Assembly (NCBI GenBank): GCA_965208575.1 | Contig: CBDBOV010000006.1 | Span: forward strand, 32,001 to 96,000 | DNA length: 64,000 nucleotides | Direction of reading: 5' to 3' | Source of the DNA: Spirochaetia bacterium | GTDB lineage: Bacteria; Spirochaetota; Spirochaetia; SZUA-6; Bin103 | Shown here: positions 48,576-58,248 of the stretch, one piece after another | How positions within the stretch are numbered: the stretch's first letter is position 1 | How the letters are laid out: each line of letters begins with the position of its first letter | Position numbers and translations under genes: made by a program | Notes under the pieces: model-generated | What the model was told of the DNA's origin: nothing | Databases searched by the model: none | The model's input: the letters and a program-made list of their open reading frames with translations, nothing else

Positions 48576-49910
48576 ATGAATCGACTACGCATCGTACCGA
48601 TCATCGCCGTGTTGTTGTCCGCAATGGTCGCGGGCAGCGTGTTCGCCGCCGCCGACGGTGAGGGCGCCGCCGACGAGGAGCGCGGACCGATCGAGATGAC
48701 CTACCTGCGCTTCGGCGGTCCCGACGACATCACCCAGGACGAAGCGCTGATCGCGCGCTGGGAGGAGCGCAACCCCGGCGACACCATCGAACCGCTGATC
48801 GCGCCGTTCCCGCAGTGGAAGGAGAAGCTGGACACGATGGTCGCGGGCGGGCAGTCGCCCGACATCATCTTCGGCTGGCCGACGCCGTTCGCCAACCTGT
48901 GGGCCAACGAGCGCATCATCTCCCTGAACGAGTTGGTGCAGGGCGACGTCGACTTCAACATCGAGGACTACCCGCAGCACAAGCAATTCATCTTCGACGG
49001 CCAGCTCACCGGCATCCCCTACAACGCCACCGCCCACATCCTGGTCTACAACAAGACCATGTTCGAGGAGGCGGGGCTGGAGACACCGATCGAGATGTAC
49101 AACCGCGGCGCCTGGACCTGGTCCAACGCCATCGAGGCGGCCAAGGCGCTGACCGTCGACGAGGACGGCGACGGCGTGCCCGACCAGTACGGCATGGTGA
49201 ACATGGGCGACAACCCGGTGCCGATCATGACCGCCGTGTGGGCCCACGGCGGACGGCTGTTCAACGAGGACTTCAACGAGATCACCTTCGACACCCCCCA
49301 GGTGCACGATGCCCTGCAGTTGCTGGTCGATCTGGTGCGCGTGCACGAGGTGGCGCCGCCGCCGGAGATGCAGGCGAGCGAGATCGGCATCTCCTTCAAC
49401 TCCGGCAAGGTGGCGATCGGTCGGCAGAGTGCCGCCACCATCATGCTGCGCCACATCCGCTGGGAAGAGCCGTGGGAGTGGGACATCGTGCCATTCCCGG
49501 CCGGCCCCAATGGCTTCGCCGCGTGGGCGGACGGCAACAGCCTCGGCATCTCGGTCGGCGTGCCCGACAAGCTGCTGGCGTGGGACTTCGTCACCTCGAT
49601 GGTGGACGAAGAGTCGTGGCAGGTGCGCTTCGACCTGGGCCTGCCGTTCCGGTTGCCGCCCAACATCAAGGTGATCAACTCGTCCACCTTCCGCGACCTG
49701 TGGAGCTACGTGGACGTCGACATGATCATGGACGTGATGCTCGGCGAGAAGGCGCTCACCCCGCTGGTACCGCGCCAGGCGGACGCGTTCCGGATCGCCT
49801 ACAACGTGATGGACACCGAGGTAGAGAACGCGGTGCGCGGCGACATAACGGTCGAAGAAGCGATCGACGCCACCGTCAAGCAGGCCAACGACATCCTGGC
49901 CGGCTTCTAA
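48576..49910 (+). CDS. Sugar ABC transporter substrate-binding protein
   Basis: AAGGAGG RBS, signal peptide, LVYNKTMFEEAG, FNSGKVA, WDIVPFP. Confidence 0.9.
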   Translation: MNRLRIVPIIAVLLSAMVAGSVFAAADGEGAADEERGPIEMTYLRFGGPDDITQDEALIARWEERNPGDTIEPLIAPFPQWKEKLDTMVAGGQSPDIIFGWPTPFANLWANERIISLNELVQGDVDFNIEDYPQHKQFIFDGQLTGIPYNATAHILVYNKTMFEEAGLETPIEMYNRGAWTWSNAIEAAKALTVDEDGDGVPDQYGMVNMGDNPVPIMTAVWAHGGRLFNEDFNEITFDTPQVHDALQLLVDLVRVHEVAPPPEMQASEIGISFNSGKVAIGRQSAATIMLRHIRWEEPWEWDIVPFPAGPNGFAAWADGNSLGISVGVPDKLLAWDFVTSMVDEESWQVRFDLGLPFRLPPNIKVINSSTFRDLWSYVDVDMIMDVMLGEKALTPLVPRQADAFRIAYNVMDTEVENAVRGDITVEEAIDATVKQANDILAGF

Positions 49911-49930
49911 TCCGGCTCAGCTCCCCAAAC

Positions 49931-49961
49931 GCGCTGCCCCGGCGTTCAGCCGGGGCAGCGC
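49931..49961. terminator. 13-bp perfect GC hairpin between convergent genes
   Basis: GCGCTGCCCCGGC-GTTCA-GCCGGGGCAGCGC. Confidence 0.6.
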
Positions 49962-49983
49962 CGCTACGGAGTCGCAACCGCTT

Positions 49984-50394
49984 TTACTCGGGGCGGTAAC
50001 CCAATCCCCAGACTCGCAGAAGGTCGCGGGCACCTTGTTCGAAATCATGGGTGAAGTCGATAATCTGATAGCTCGCCAACGTCCAAGAGAGAGCCCCATA
50101 GTTGCAGGACTCAAACATCAGCGGCACGATTCTGTCACCGAGATGGTCCTGCTGCAGAGCGAAGATAAGTTCCCGCTTGACCCAGGCCGAGTTGACCGCT
50201 CCCGGCGACAGCACAAGCACGAACCAGTCGCACCGGCGCAACGCTGACCCGATCTCATCATGCCACAGCTGCGCTCCAACGATGTCGGTGCGGCTATACC
50301 ATACTGGGAGTCCGTGACGCCGTAGGGTCTCCGCCAGCCGCACGACGAATGTCCGGTCTCGATCCGAGTGGGAGAGAAATATCTCGTGCGGCAA
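49984..50394 (-). CDS. Stand-alone TIR-domain protein 2
   Basis: IFLSHSDRD, VLVLSPGAVNSAWVKRE, RIVPL; TTG start uncertain. Confidence 0.88.
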   Translation of the reverse strand: MPHEIFLSHSDRDRTFVVRLAETLRRHGLPVWYSRTDIVGAQLWHDEIGSALRRCDWFVLVLSPGAVNSAWVKRELIFALQQDHLGDRIVPLMFESCNYGALSWTLASYQIIDFTHDFEQGARDLLRVWGLGYRPE

Positions 50395-50426
50395 TGCTTG
50401 ATTGGGTTGAGAGCAGCTCGTGCCTG

Positions 50427-50849
50427 TCAGGCGACTTGCAGAAGAGTCCGGGCGACTTCCCTGATTCCCTCTTCTTCGTTCTCGTGTTGAGTCAGATCGA
50501 CCATCTTCTGATGGCGAAGAATCCAGGGAACGCTCTCGGTATTCAGGATGTTCGGATCTCCCGCAACGACCGGTATCAGACGGCTGCGAAAACGCACTTC
50601 GCCAAGTGCATACGCTATATTCCAACGCATCTCCCGACGCACCCACTCGGATCGGACCGCATCCGGTGTCAGGAGTATGACCATGGCCTCGGACTCACGC
50701 AACGCGTTACTCACTTCCTGTGCCCAATTATCGCCAGGCAGGATCTCGCGCGACGCATCCCATACCTCTAGACCCGCTTGCTCAAGAATTGCAGCAATCT
50801 TGTGGGCGAGCCGCTGATCAGAATGTGTGTGGCTGATAAATACCTTCAC
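50427..50849 (-). CDS. Stand-alone TIR-domain protein 1
   Basis: KVFISHTHSD, ILPGDNW, LLTPDAVRSEWVRRE, RLIPV. Confidence 0.88.
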   Translation of the reverse strand: MKVFISHTHSDQRLAHKIAAILEQAGLEVWDASREILPGDNWAQEVSNALRESEAMVILLTPDAVRSEWVRREMRWNIAYALGEVRFRSRLIPVVAGDPNILNTESVPWILRHQKMVDLTQHENEEEGIREVARTLLQVA

Positions 50850-51007
50850 AGTACACCTACCGCTCGTGTAGCTTCGACAATACCATACTTCCAACCGGGC
50901 GAAGAGCCGGCCAAGAGGCAATCGCGTGCGGAGAAGACCCTGCAACTCCAGATTACCTCGCCGAGTGGCCGGCAGGCAACTGTGGAGAGGACCGTCCCCG
51001 TGTGCCC

Positions 51008-53011
51008 TCACTTCAGCCGGTGCAGGGGGACTCGGCGGGCGCCGTAGGCGGGCAGGTGGACCTGCTCGGGGCGGTAGCCGCGTGCCGCGGCGGTTACCGT
51101 CCAGGGGTAGCCGGAGCGGTTGATCAGGAACAGCAGGCTGCCGGCGGCGCCCTCCAGCACCCGCGCTTCGACCAGCGAGCGGTACTCCTCCGGCACCTCG
51201 CCGGACAGCTCGATGTCGGGCGGCACGGAGGCCGGCAGCCAGCCCGCCAGCAGGCGGCGCAGGCCGCGGTGCAGGGACCACAGGTAGGAGCGGCCCAGCG
51301 CGAAGGTGGCCACCAGGATGCGGCCCTCCGGTCCCGCGGCGACCAGGCCGGGCGCGTCCACGTCGCGGTAGCGCGCCAGTTCCGTGCCGGCGAACCGGCC
51401 CGCAAGCACGCGGTCGAAGAAGGCAAAGCCGCCGAACCCGCCGTGCGCGTCGTTCAGGCTCCAGCCAGCCATCCAGTGGTCGGGCCGGATCCACTCCCGG
51501 CACTCCATGCCGAACGACGCCGCCGCCCGCCGGCAATCGTCCAGGCCGGTCATCGGCAGCTCGGCAACCACGCGCCCGCCGCCGGCCACGTAGGCGGTCA
51601 TGCCTTCCAGCTCGTCCGCCGACAGCCCCAGGGGAAACGGCACCGCCAGCAGCTCGATGCCGCCGTCCGCCGGCGGAAAGCTGCCGCCGGTCACGAACGT
51701 GACCTCGTAGCCCAGGTCCAGGAACAGCCCGTAGAGCCCATACACCGTGTCCGCCAGCGGCGCCCCGCGGGCGTTGGCCTGCCACACCGTCTCGCGGCTC
51801 AGGTAGATCGCTACCCGCGCCGGCACCGTGCGCGCACCGGCCAGCAGTTCCGCATCACCGCGCAGCTCGGAGATCACCCGCTTGGTCGCCAGCCGCCGCT
51901 CGGTGTCGTACTCGTCGGCGTCCACCATGTGGTTGATCCACGGCTCCGGCCCGCTCAGGAGCGGCTCCCAGCGGTAGAAGAACAGCGCGTCGGCGCCGTG
52001 GCTGGCCACCTGGTTCACCTCGGCCTCGATCTGGATGCCGCGCCACAGAATCGAGGCACCGGCGTCGCGCCCGGCGCCGGCGTACGGAAAGGGCCCGCCC
52101 TGGAACTCGGTGATCCACAGCTCCTGCTCCGGCGCCAGTGCCTTCAGCAGCGCCAGGTGGGCGCCGGAGATCGCCGCCGTCTGCGCGCCGGAGCCGTGGT
52201 ACAGGCTCGATGAGGTGTAGTCGAGCCGCGGCAGCAGCCACCAGTCCTGCCCCTTTGCCTGCAGCCCCTCGAAGTGGGTGTAGTTGAAGCTCACCCGCAC
52301 GCCGGGGCACTCGGCGCGGATGATGGCGGCGCCCTCCAGCAGGAAGGCGGACAGCCGCCGCGCCGAGAACTCGCGCCAGTCGCGCCACAGGCCGCCGGGA
52401 TCGGGGTCGGCCTCGCGCGGCGGCTCCACCTCCGCGAATCCCGCGAAGGCGGCGTCAAAACGCGCGTTGACCGCCTCGATGCTGCCGAAGCGGCGCTCCA
52501 GGTCGGCCCGGTAGCCGGCCACCGAGTGCACGCAGTAGCACGGATGGTCACCCACGCCCAGGTTGGGCTCGTTGTGGATGTCCCAGTCCACGATCGCCCG
52601 GTGGCCGCAAAAGCGGCGTGCGCTCTCCCGCACCAGTTCGTCGCGGCGCCGCCGGTAGGCGGGGTGGTCGATGCAGGCGCGCGGCCACAGGTAGTGGTGC
52701 GGGCCCTCCGGATAGGCGGCGCCGCCGCGATCCACCACCTTGGCGTCCGGGTGCTCCTCGAAGAACGGAAAGCCTACGTAGAAGGTGGCGAACCCGAACA
52801 GCACGCCCACCTCCAGCTCCGCGCACAGGTCGAGCAGCCTCCCCACCTCGTCGATGTCGCTGTCGAAACCGATGCGGATGCGGATGGCGTCGAACCCGGT
52901 GTCCCTGATCACCGCCAGGTCGCGCCGCCAGTCCTGCTCGCCGCGCGGCAGCCACTCGGGGCGCGCCGCCATGCCCCCGAACGGGTACTCGTAGTGAGTG
53001 CCGAATATCAT
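51008..53011 (-). CDS. Beta-galactosidase-like glycoside hydrolase (GH42-like)
   Basis: WDIHNEP acid/base, CYCVHS, WITEFQGG nucleophile, C-terminal trimerisation-like domain. Confidence 0.82.
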   Translation of the reverse strand: MIFGTHYEYPFGGMAARPEWLPRGEQDWRRDLAVIRDTGFDAIRIRIGFDSDIDEVGRLLDLCAELEVGVLFGFATFYVGFPFFEEHPDAKVVDRGGAAYPEGPHHYLWPRACIDHPAYRRRRDELVRESARRFCGHRAIVDWDIHNEPNLGVGDHPCYCVHSVAGYRADLERRFGSIEAVNARFDAAFAGFAEVEPPREADPDPGGLWRDWREFSARRLSAFLLEGAAIIRAECPGVRVSFNYTHFEGLQAKGQDWWLLPRLDYTSSSLYHGSGAQTAAISGAHLALLKALAPEQELWITEFQGGPFPYAGAGRDAGASILWRGIQIEAEVNQVASHGADALFFYRWEPLLSGPEPWINHMVDADEYDTERRLATKRVISELRGDAELLAGARTVPARVAIYLSRETVWQANARGAPLADTVYGLYGLFLDLGYEVTFVTGGSFPPADGGIELLAVPFPLGLSADELEGMTAYVAGGGRVVAELPMTGLDDCRRAAASFGMECREWIRPDHWMAGWSLNDAHGGFGGFAFFDRVLAGRFAGTELARYRDVDAPGLVAAGPEGRILVATFALGRSYLWSLHRGLRRLLAGWLPASVPPDIELSGEVPEEYRSLVEARVLEGAAGSLLFLINRSGYPWTVTAAARGYRPEQVHLPAYGARRVPLHRLK

Positions 53012-53877
53012 CCCTTGATGCCGGTGGTCACCACGCCGTGGATGTAGTACTTCTGCGCCACGAAGAACAGCGCCACGCTCGGCACCAGCACGATGATCGA
53101 CACCGCCATCAGGCTCGTCCAATCGGTAAAGTCCTGGTCCTGGAAGAAGCGCAGCCCCAGCGACAGCGTCATCTTGTCCATCGAGTGGATGTAGATCAGC
53201 GGCTCCAGGAAGTCGTTCCACACCCGGATGAAGGCGAACACCCCCACCACGCCGAGCACCGGGCGCGACAGCGGCAGGATGATCAGCAGGAAGCTGGCGA
53301 ACACCCCGGCGCCGTCGATGGCGGCGGCGTCCTCCATCTCCAGCGGGATGGTGAGGAAGAACTGGCGCACCAGGAATATGAAAAACGGCACCCCGCCGAA
53401 GAAGAACGGCACGATCAGCGGCAGGTAGGTGTCGATCCAGCCGAGAAACCGGAAGGTGATGAACATCGGGATCAGCCGCACGTGGAACGGCAGCATCATG
53501 GTGCTCAGCAGGATCACGAACAGGATGGTGCGGCCCGGGAACTCCAGGCGGGCGAAGCCGTACGCCACCAGCGAGGAGGAGATGACCGCGCCCGCCACCG
53601 ACAGCAGGGTGATGACCGAGGTGTTGAAGAACCAGCGCGTGAACGGCAGCGCCGTCCAGCCGTCGCTGAAGTTGTTCCAGCGCAGCGGCCGGGTGAACAG
53701 TTGCGGCGGATAGATGAACTCGGTGCCCGGCACCTTGACCGCAGTGGACAGCATCCAGATGAACGGCGCCAGGATCACCACGCCGCCGGCGGCCAGGGCC
53801 GCGTACACGAACGCCAGCGTGATGCGGCGCTTGAACGACTGCCGCTCGTAGTAGCGAACCAGGGTGGTGCTCGACAT
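53008..53877 (-). CDS. Carbohydrate ABC permease (MalG-like)
   Basis: AYGFARL, EDAAAIDGA, WNDFLEPL. Confidence 0.93.
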   Translation of the reverse strand: MSSTTLVRYYERQSFKRRITLAFVYAALAAGGVVILAPFIWMLSTAVKVPGTEFIYPPQLFTRPLRWNNFSDGWTALPFTRWFFNTSVITLLSVAGAVISSSLVAYGFARLEFPGRTILFVILLSTMMLPFHVRLIPMFITFRFLGWIDTYLPLIVPFFFGGVPFFIFLVRQFFLTIPLEMEDAAAIDGAGVFASFLLIILPLSRPVLGVVGVFAFIRVWNDFLEPLIYIHSMDKMTLSLGLRFFQDQDFTDWTSLMAVSIIVLVPSVALFFVAQKYYIHGVVTTGIKG

Positions 53878-53893
53878 GATGCGCTCGTTCCGC

Positions 53894-54757
53894 CTACTTC
53901 CGCGACTCGTAGTACACCCAGGCCGCCGACGAGCGCAGCACCACCAGGGTCATGGCGAGGATCAGCACGAACAGGAGCCACGCCTGGGCGGCGGCGTAAC
54001 CCATGCGGTACCACTGGAACGCGTGCCGGTACAGGTACAGCACGTACATCAGGCTGCCGTGGTTGGGGCCGCCGTCGGTCATCACGTAGGCGGGCGTGAA
54101 CACCTGGAACGACTGGATGATGCCCATGATCAGGTTGAACAGGATCACCGGCGAGATCATCGGCACCGTGATCTTCAGGAACCGCTGCCAGGCGTTGGCG
54201 CCGTCCACGATCGCCGCCTCGTAGTAGGAGGTGGGCACGTTCTGCAGCGCCGCCAGGTAGATCAGCATCGGCCCGCCGACCCCCCACAGGCTCATGATGA
54301 TCAACGCCGGGATCACCCAGGTCTCGTCCGCCAGCCAGGCCGGCCCCTGGATCCCGAATACCTGCGCCAGGAACAGGTTGAAGATGCCGAAGCGCGGGTT
54401 GAAGATCCACACCCACAGCAGCGACACCGCCACCCCCACGATCACGCTCGGCAGGTAGTAGATGGTGCGGAAGATGCCGAGCCCCTTGATCTTCTGGTTG
54501 AGCAGCACGGCGATCAGCAGCCCGAACACCAGGTTGAGCGGGATGCTCAGCGAGTACAGCGCGGTGACCTTGACCGACTTCCAGAACAGGGGATCGTCGA
54601 AGAACAGCTTGGCGTAGTTCTTGAGGCCGATGAACTGCGGCGTGGAGAGCGCGTTCCAGTTGGTGAAGCTCAGGAACAGCGACGCCAGCAGCGATCCCAC
54701 CACGAACACCAGAAAGCCGATCACCCACGGCGAGATGAACACGTACCCGGCGATCAT
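53894..54757 (-). CDS. Carbohydrate ABC permease (MalF-like)
   Basis: FIGLKNY, YEAAIVDGA, MGYAAA; start uncertain. Confidence 0.92.
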   Translation of the reverse strand: MIAGYVFISPWVIGFLVFVVGSLLASLFLSFTNWNALSTPQFIGLKNYAKLFFDDPLFWKSVKVTALYSLSIPLNLVFGLLIAVLLNQKIKGLGIFRTIYYLPSVIVGVAVSLLWVWIFNPRFGIFNLFLAQVFGIQGPAWLADETWVIPALIIMSLWGVGGPMLIYLAALQNVPTSYYEAAIVDGANAWQRFLKITVPMISPVILFNLIMGIIQSFQVFTPAYVMTDGGPNHGSLMYVLYLYRHAFQWYRMGYAAAQAWLLFVLILAMTLVVLRSSAAWVYYESRK

Positions 54758-54960
54758 GCGCTTCTGGTGGTAGGTATACAGGGCCGCCCTCCGGCGCCGA
54801 GATTAACACAGCCCGGTGCCTCCGGCCACCGTAGCCCGGCGTGTGCTGCGTGCGGCTTGCGGCGGCCACGCGGGTTGCTTGGACCGCGGCCCGCCCCTTC
54901 CCGCCCCGGAGTGCGCCTTGACCGGCATCCAGCTCTGAGACACACTGTCCAGGTATCGAC

Positions 54961-55389
54961 GTGGTGCGACGAATCGGCGGCGTGTTCCTGGTCCTGGTGG
55001 CGGTCGCGGTGGCCGTCCATACCGTGGTCGAGCCGCTCTACCACGCCTCGGCCGAGGGCCAGCCGTACAGCCCGCTGTGGAGCGTCCTGGATCCGCTGAT
55101 GGTCGCCGCGGTCGCCGTCGGGGCGATCTTCGCCTGGCTCCGCAAACGCGCCGAGGGGGGCAAGCGGGACGGCACCACGGTCACCCGCGCGTGGCTGGCC
55201 GCCAACACCTGGTTCTACGGCCTGTTGTTCGTCGCCACCCTGCTGCTGTGGAGCTGGTTCAACCTGCTCAGCCCCCGCTACACCGCGGCCCCGGACGCTA
55301 CCACGGCGACGGTCTGGATCATCATCGACGCCCTCCTCCCCCTCCTCCTCGCCTCCCTCGGCATCTCCCTCCTGCGGCGACAGGAGTAG
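54961..55389 (+). CDS. Hypothetical four-TM membrane protein
   Basis: Four hydrophobic segments, host-like codon use. Confidence 0.7.
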   Translation: MVRRIGGVFLVLVAVAVAVHTVVEPLYHASAEGQPYSPLWSVLDPLMVAAVAVGAIFAWLRKRAEGGKRDGTTVTRAWLAANTWFYGLLFVATLLLWSWFNLLSPRYTAAPDATTATVWIIIDALLPLLLASLGISLLRRQE

Positions 55390-55414
55390 TCAATCCGTTC
55401 CGACCGTGGGCGGC

Positions 55415-55855
55415 TCATGGAGGTGACTTCGTCGATGGGTCCTTCTCCGGGAGTTCCATTTGCGCTACGAGTTGGCGCGATATTGACGCCAAGTGTGGGT
55501 CTCGGTGGACCAGGACGGCGGAGTGGACGTGGGCGCACCCGGCGATCACCGCATCGACCAGGGGCAGCCGGGTGTCCGCCGATTCGCGCAACAGCATCGC
55601 GCTGTCGGCGGTCCGACGATCGACGATCAGGGTCGTGGTGAGTTCGTCGACGTACTCACGGAAAGCCCGCTCCACCTCTTGCGGGTCGTCCACCTCCACC
55701 GTCAGCCGGCCCTTCAGCTCGGGCAAGGACAACACGCACAGCGCGATGCGGTTGACGGAGTCGTGCCACAGCCGCTCTATCATCTCGGCTCCCGGCTCAT
55801 CGAAGTAGTGTGCAAGTATCGCCGAGGTGTCGAGAACGTGAGTGACCGCCCTCAC
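55415..55855 (-). CDS. vapC: PIN-domain (VapC-type) toxin
   Basis: HVLDTSAIL, LPEL, LVDAVIA, LVHRDPH; GTGA overlap with antitoxin stop. Confidence 0.88.
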   Translation of the reverse strand: MRAVTHVLDTSAILAHYFDEPGAEMIERLWHDSVNRIALCVLSLPELKGRLTVEVDDPQEVERAFREYVDELTTTLIVDRRTADSAMLLRESADTRLPLVDAVIAGCAHVHSAVLVHRDPHLASISRQLVAQMELPEKDPSTKSPP

Positions 55856-56106
55856 GGCATCGTGTCTTCTCGTTCGCGTTCCTGCACGAGCGCGTCGACG
55901 GCACTGCCGGTCCGCTTCCGGTGCTGCAACCCGCGCCCGCGCAGCCTGGCAGCCACCGCGGCGACGGTCGGCAGGACCCGCACCTCGAGCACGTGCTCGC
56001 GCTCGGTGGCGCTCCACTGCAGGCGGGTCCCCGGCTCGATCTCCTCGGCAGCCGCAATCGCCGCCGGTACCGTGACCTGGTTCTTCCCCGTGACGGTAGT
56101 AATCAT
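55852..56106 (-). CDS. AbrB/MazE-type antitoxin
   Basis: TTVTGKNQVTVPAAI...IEPGTRLQW. Confidence 0.87.
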   Translation of the reverse strand: MITTVTGKNQVTVPAAIAAAEEIEPGTRLQWSATEREHVLEVRVLPTVAAVAARLRGRGLQHRKRTGSAVDALVQEREREDTMP

Positions 56107-56257
56107 GGATTCATCATCGTCAAGTATGCATCATTGTCAAGGGACAGCGATTGTTTCAAGCTCCATCGGCATAGGCGCTGCATCGGTGCACGGGCGTGCC
56201 GGGGCGCAACTCTGTCCTGCTTCGCTGAGTTGTGCTACCATGTCGTCACAATGCAGC

Positions 56258-56286
56258 GTAAAATGACGACAACTATTACATTTTAC
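56258..56286. promoter_or_regulatory. Inverted repeat upstream of AAA-DUF4143 gene (putative operator)
   Basis: GTAAAATG-N13-CATTTTAC. Confidence 0.55.
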
Positions 56287-56312
56287 TGCCTTCGCGAGGC
56301 TGGCGGCGAGCC

Positions 56313-57467
56313 ATGACGCCCTACCGGTCCCGCATACTGACCGCGCCCCGCTCGTCCTTCTTCCTGTTCGGTCCGCGCGGCACCGGCAAGACGACCTGGG
56401 TGCGCCACGAGTATCCGGATGCGTATCGCATCGACTTGCTCGACGAGGCGCTGTACCAGAGCTATCTGGCCGACATCGGACGATTCGCCGGCGAACTGCA
56501 GGCAGTCGCTCCGGGCGCCTGGGTATTCGTGGACGAGATCCAGCGCCTGCCCGGGCTGCTCAATGAAGTGCATCGCCACATCGAAGGCAGCGGTCTCCGC
56601 TTCATCCTGACCGGGTCGTCGGCGCGCAAGCTGAAGCGGGCCGGCGTCAACCTCCTGGGTGGGCGCGCGGTGCACACGCGCATGTATCCGTTCCTGCCAC
56701 ACGAACTGGGCACCGACTTCGATCTCGACACGGTGCTCCGGCACGGCAGCCTGCCCTTGGTGTGGAATGCCGACGACCGGGCAGCCGCGTTGCGATCCTA
56801 CGTGCAGCTCTACCTGAAGGAAGAGATCAAGGGCGAGGCGCTGGTGCGCAACCTCGCCGGCTTCGCGCGCTTCCTGCCGGTCGCCGCCCTGTTTCACGGC
56901 CAGACCCTGAACATAGCTTCCGCCGCACGTGATGCCGAGGTCAGCCGGACCACGTTGGCCGGCTACGTGGAGATCCTGGAGGACACGCTCGTGGCGTTTC
57001 GCCTGCCGGCGTACGATCCGAAGCTGCGCGTCCGGGAACGAAAGCATCCCAAGCTGTATTGGGTCGATCCCGGAATGGCGCGGGCGGCGGCCGGACGATT
57101 CCGAGACCTCGATCCCCGTGAACGCGGCCCCCTGTTCGAGGGCTGGATCGCCACCGTGCTCGCCAGCTATCGCGACTACCACGACGTGTTCGACGAGATG
57201 TACTACTGGGCGCCGGCGCAAGCACGCGATACCGAAGTCGACTTCCTGTTGCTGCGCGACGGCAAGTCGGTCGCCATCGAAGCCAAGGCATCCGTGCGGG
57301 TCCATGACCGTCACCTCGCCGGGCTCCGCGCCGTCGCCCCGCTGCCCGGCCTGCAGCGGCGAATCCTCACCTACACCGGTTCACGCCGCATGCGGACCCC
57401 GGACGGCATCGACATCTGGCCCCTGCCCGACCTCCTCGAAGCCCTGCACTCCGACCGGCTCTGGTAA
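56313..57467 (+). CDS. AAA_14 ATPase with DUF4143 domain
   Basis: GPRGTGKTT, VDEIQ, LTGSSARKL, HPKLYWVD, EVDFLL...IEAK. Confidence 0.92.
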   Translation: MTPYRSRILTAPRSSFFLFGPRGTGKTTWVRHEYPDAYRIDLLDEALYQSYLADIGRFAGELQAVAPGAWVFVDEIQRLPGLLNEVHRHIEGSGLRFILTGSSARKLKRAGVNLLGGRAVHTRMYPFLPHELGTDFDLDTVLRHGSLPLVWNADDRAAALRSYVQLYLKEEIKGEALVRNLAGFARFLPVAALFHGQTLNIASAARDAEVSRTTLAGYVEILEDTLVAFRLPAYDPKLRVRERKHPKLYWVDPGMARAAAGRFRDLDPRERGPLFEGWIATVLASYRDYHDVFDEMYYWAPAQARDTEVDFLLLRDGKSVAIEAKASVRVHDRHLAGLRAVAPLPGLQRRILTYTGSRRMRTPDGIDIWPLPDLLEALHSDRLW

Positions 57468-57473
57468 CGCGGC

Positions 57474-57932
57474 CTACAGTCCTATGGCTTCCTTGGCGCC
57501 GACAAACGGCACACCGCGCGCCGGGAGATCGTCCAAAGAGCGGAGGAAGTCGACGAAAGCGCCGCCGAATCCCATCGATTCGAGTTGGTTGACGAAAAAG
57601 AAAGCAACCTCCGATATCGGGTTATCTTCGAACTCCGGAGGAGGGACCCTGATCGTTCCCCCGACACGGCTCAGCCGAAACCCGGCGTCGAACAACGGCG
57701 GGTCGGTTCGATGGGCCAGAAAAACCAACGACTTTGCGTTGGTGTCGAGGCCGGTCTCCTCCCATACTTCCCGCCTGCATGCCTCCACCAGCGTCTCGCC
57801 GACCTCCACCGTACCCCCCGGAAGCGACCAACCCCTGCGCGCCGACATGCGCTGCTTCACCAGCAGAACACGATCGTCCTGCAGCAGAATCCCGGTAACC
57901 CTGACCTTGTGCACTGCCGCCAGTGTACCCAC
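57474..57932 (-). CDS. NUDIX hydrolase
   Basis: WSLPGGTVEVGETLVEACRREVWEETGL Nudix box; start uncertain (57914/57932). Confidence 0.87.
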   Translation of the reverse strand: MGTLAAVHKVRVTGILLQDDRVLLVKQRMSARRGWSLPGGTVEVGETLVEACRREVWEETGLDTNAKSLVFLAHRTDPPLFDAGFRLSRVGGTIRVPPPEFEDNPISEVAFFFVNQLESMGFGGAFVDFLRSLDDLPARGVPFVGAKEAIGL

Positions 57933-58248
57933 CGCAGCGGTCGTCAACAAACAGCGGATAACCGCCCGTAACTCCCCCAGCGGGTCCGCGGAGCTGCCTG
58001 CCGAACGACTGGGTTGAGCGTAGCGACTCGCGATCGCGATCAACGCCCAATGCGTCGTCATTTGATTCGAAGGACCGTATTGAGTAGCCTGCAACGATGG
58101 CGGTCGTTGATCAGCAGCTCGCCGACGCTGCCACGGTGGCGAGCACTGCACCCGTGCTGGGGCGGCGGCTTCGGACGGCGATCGAGTGGGGCGAGTCGGT
58201 CCTGCCGATCGTGATCGTGCCGACGGACCGCCCCGTACGGCCGCCGTC

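Noticed and set aside
50395-50429. Single TIR-TIR fusion via stop read-through
   Set aside because: The two TIR ORFs are in different frames and no slippery sequence is evident
49944-51025. TTCAGCCGG(G/T)GCAG on both sides of the TIR pair as an insertion duplication
   Set aside because: Only ~14 bp, GC-rich, and one copy is part of a hairpin; chance is plausible
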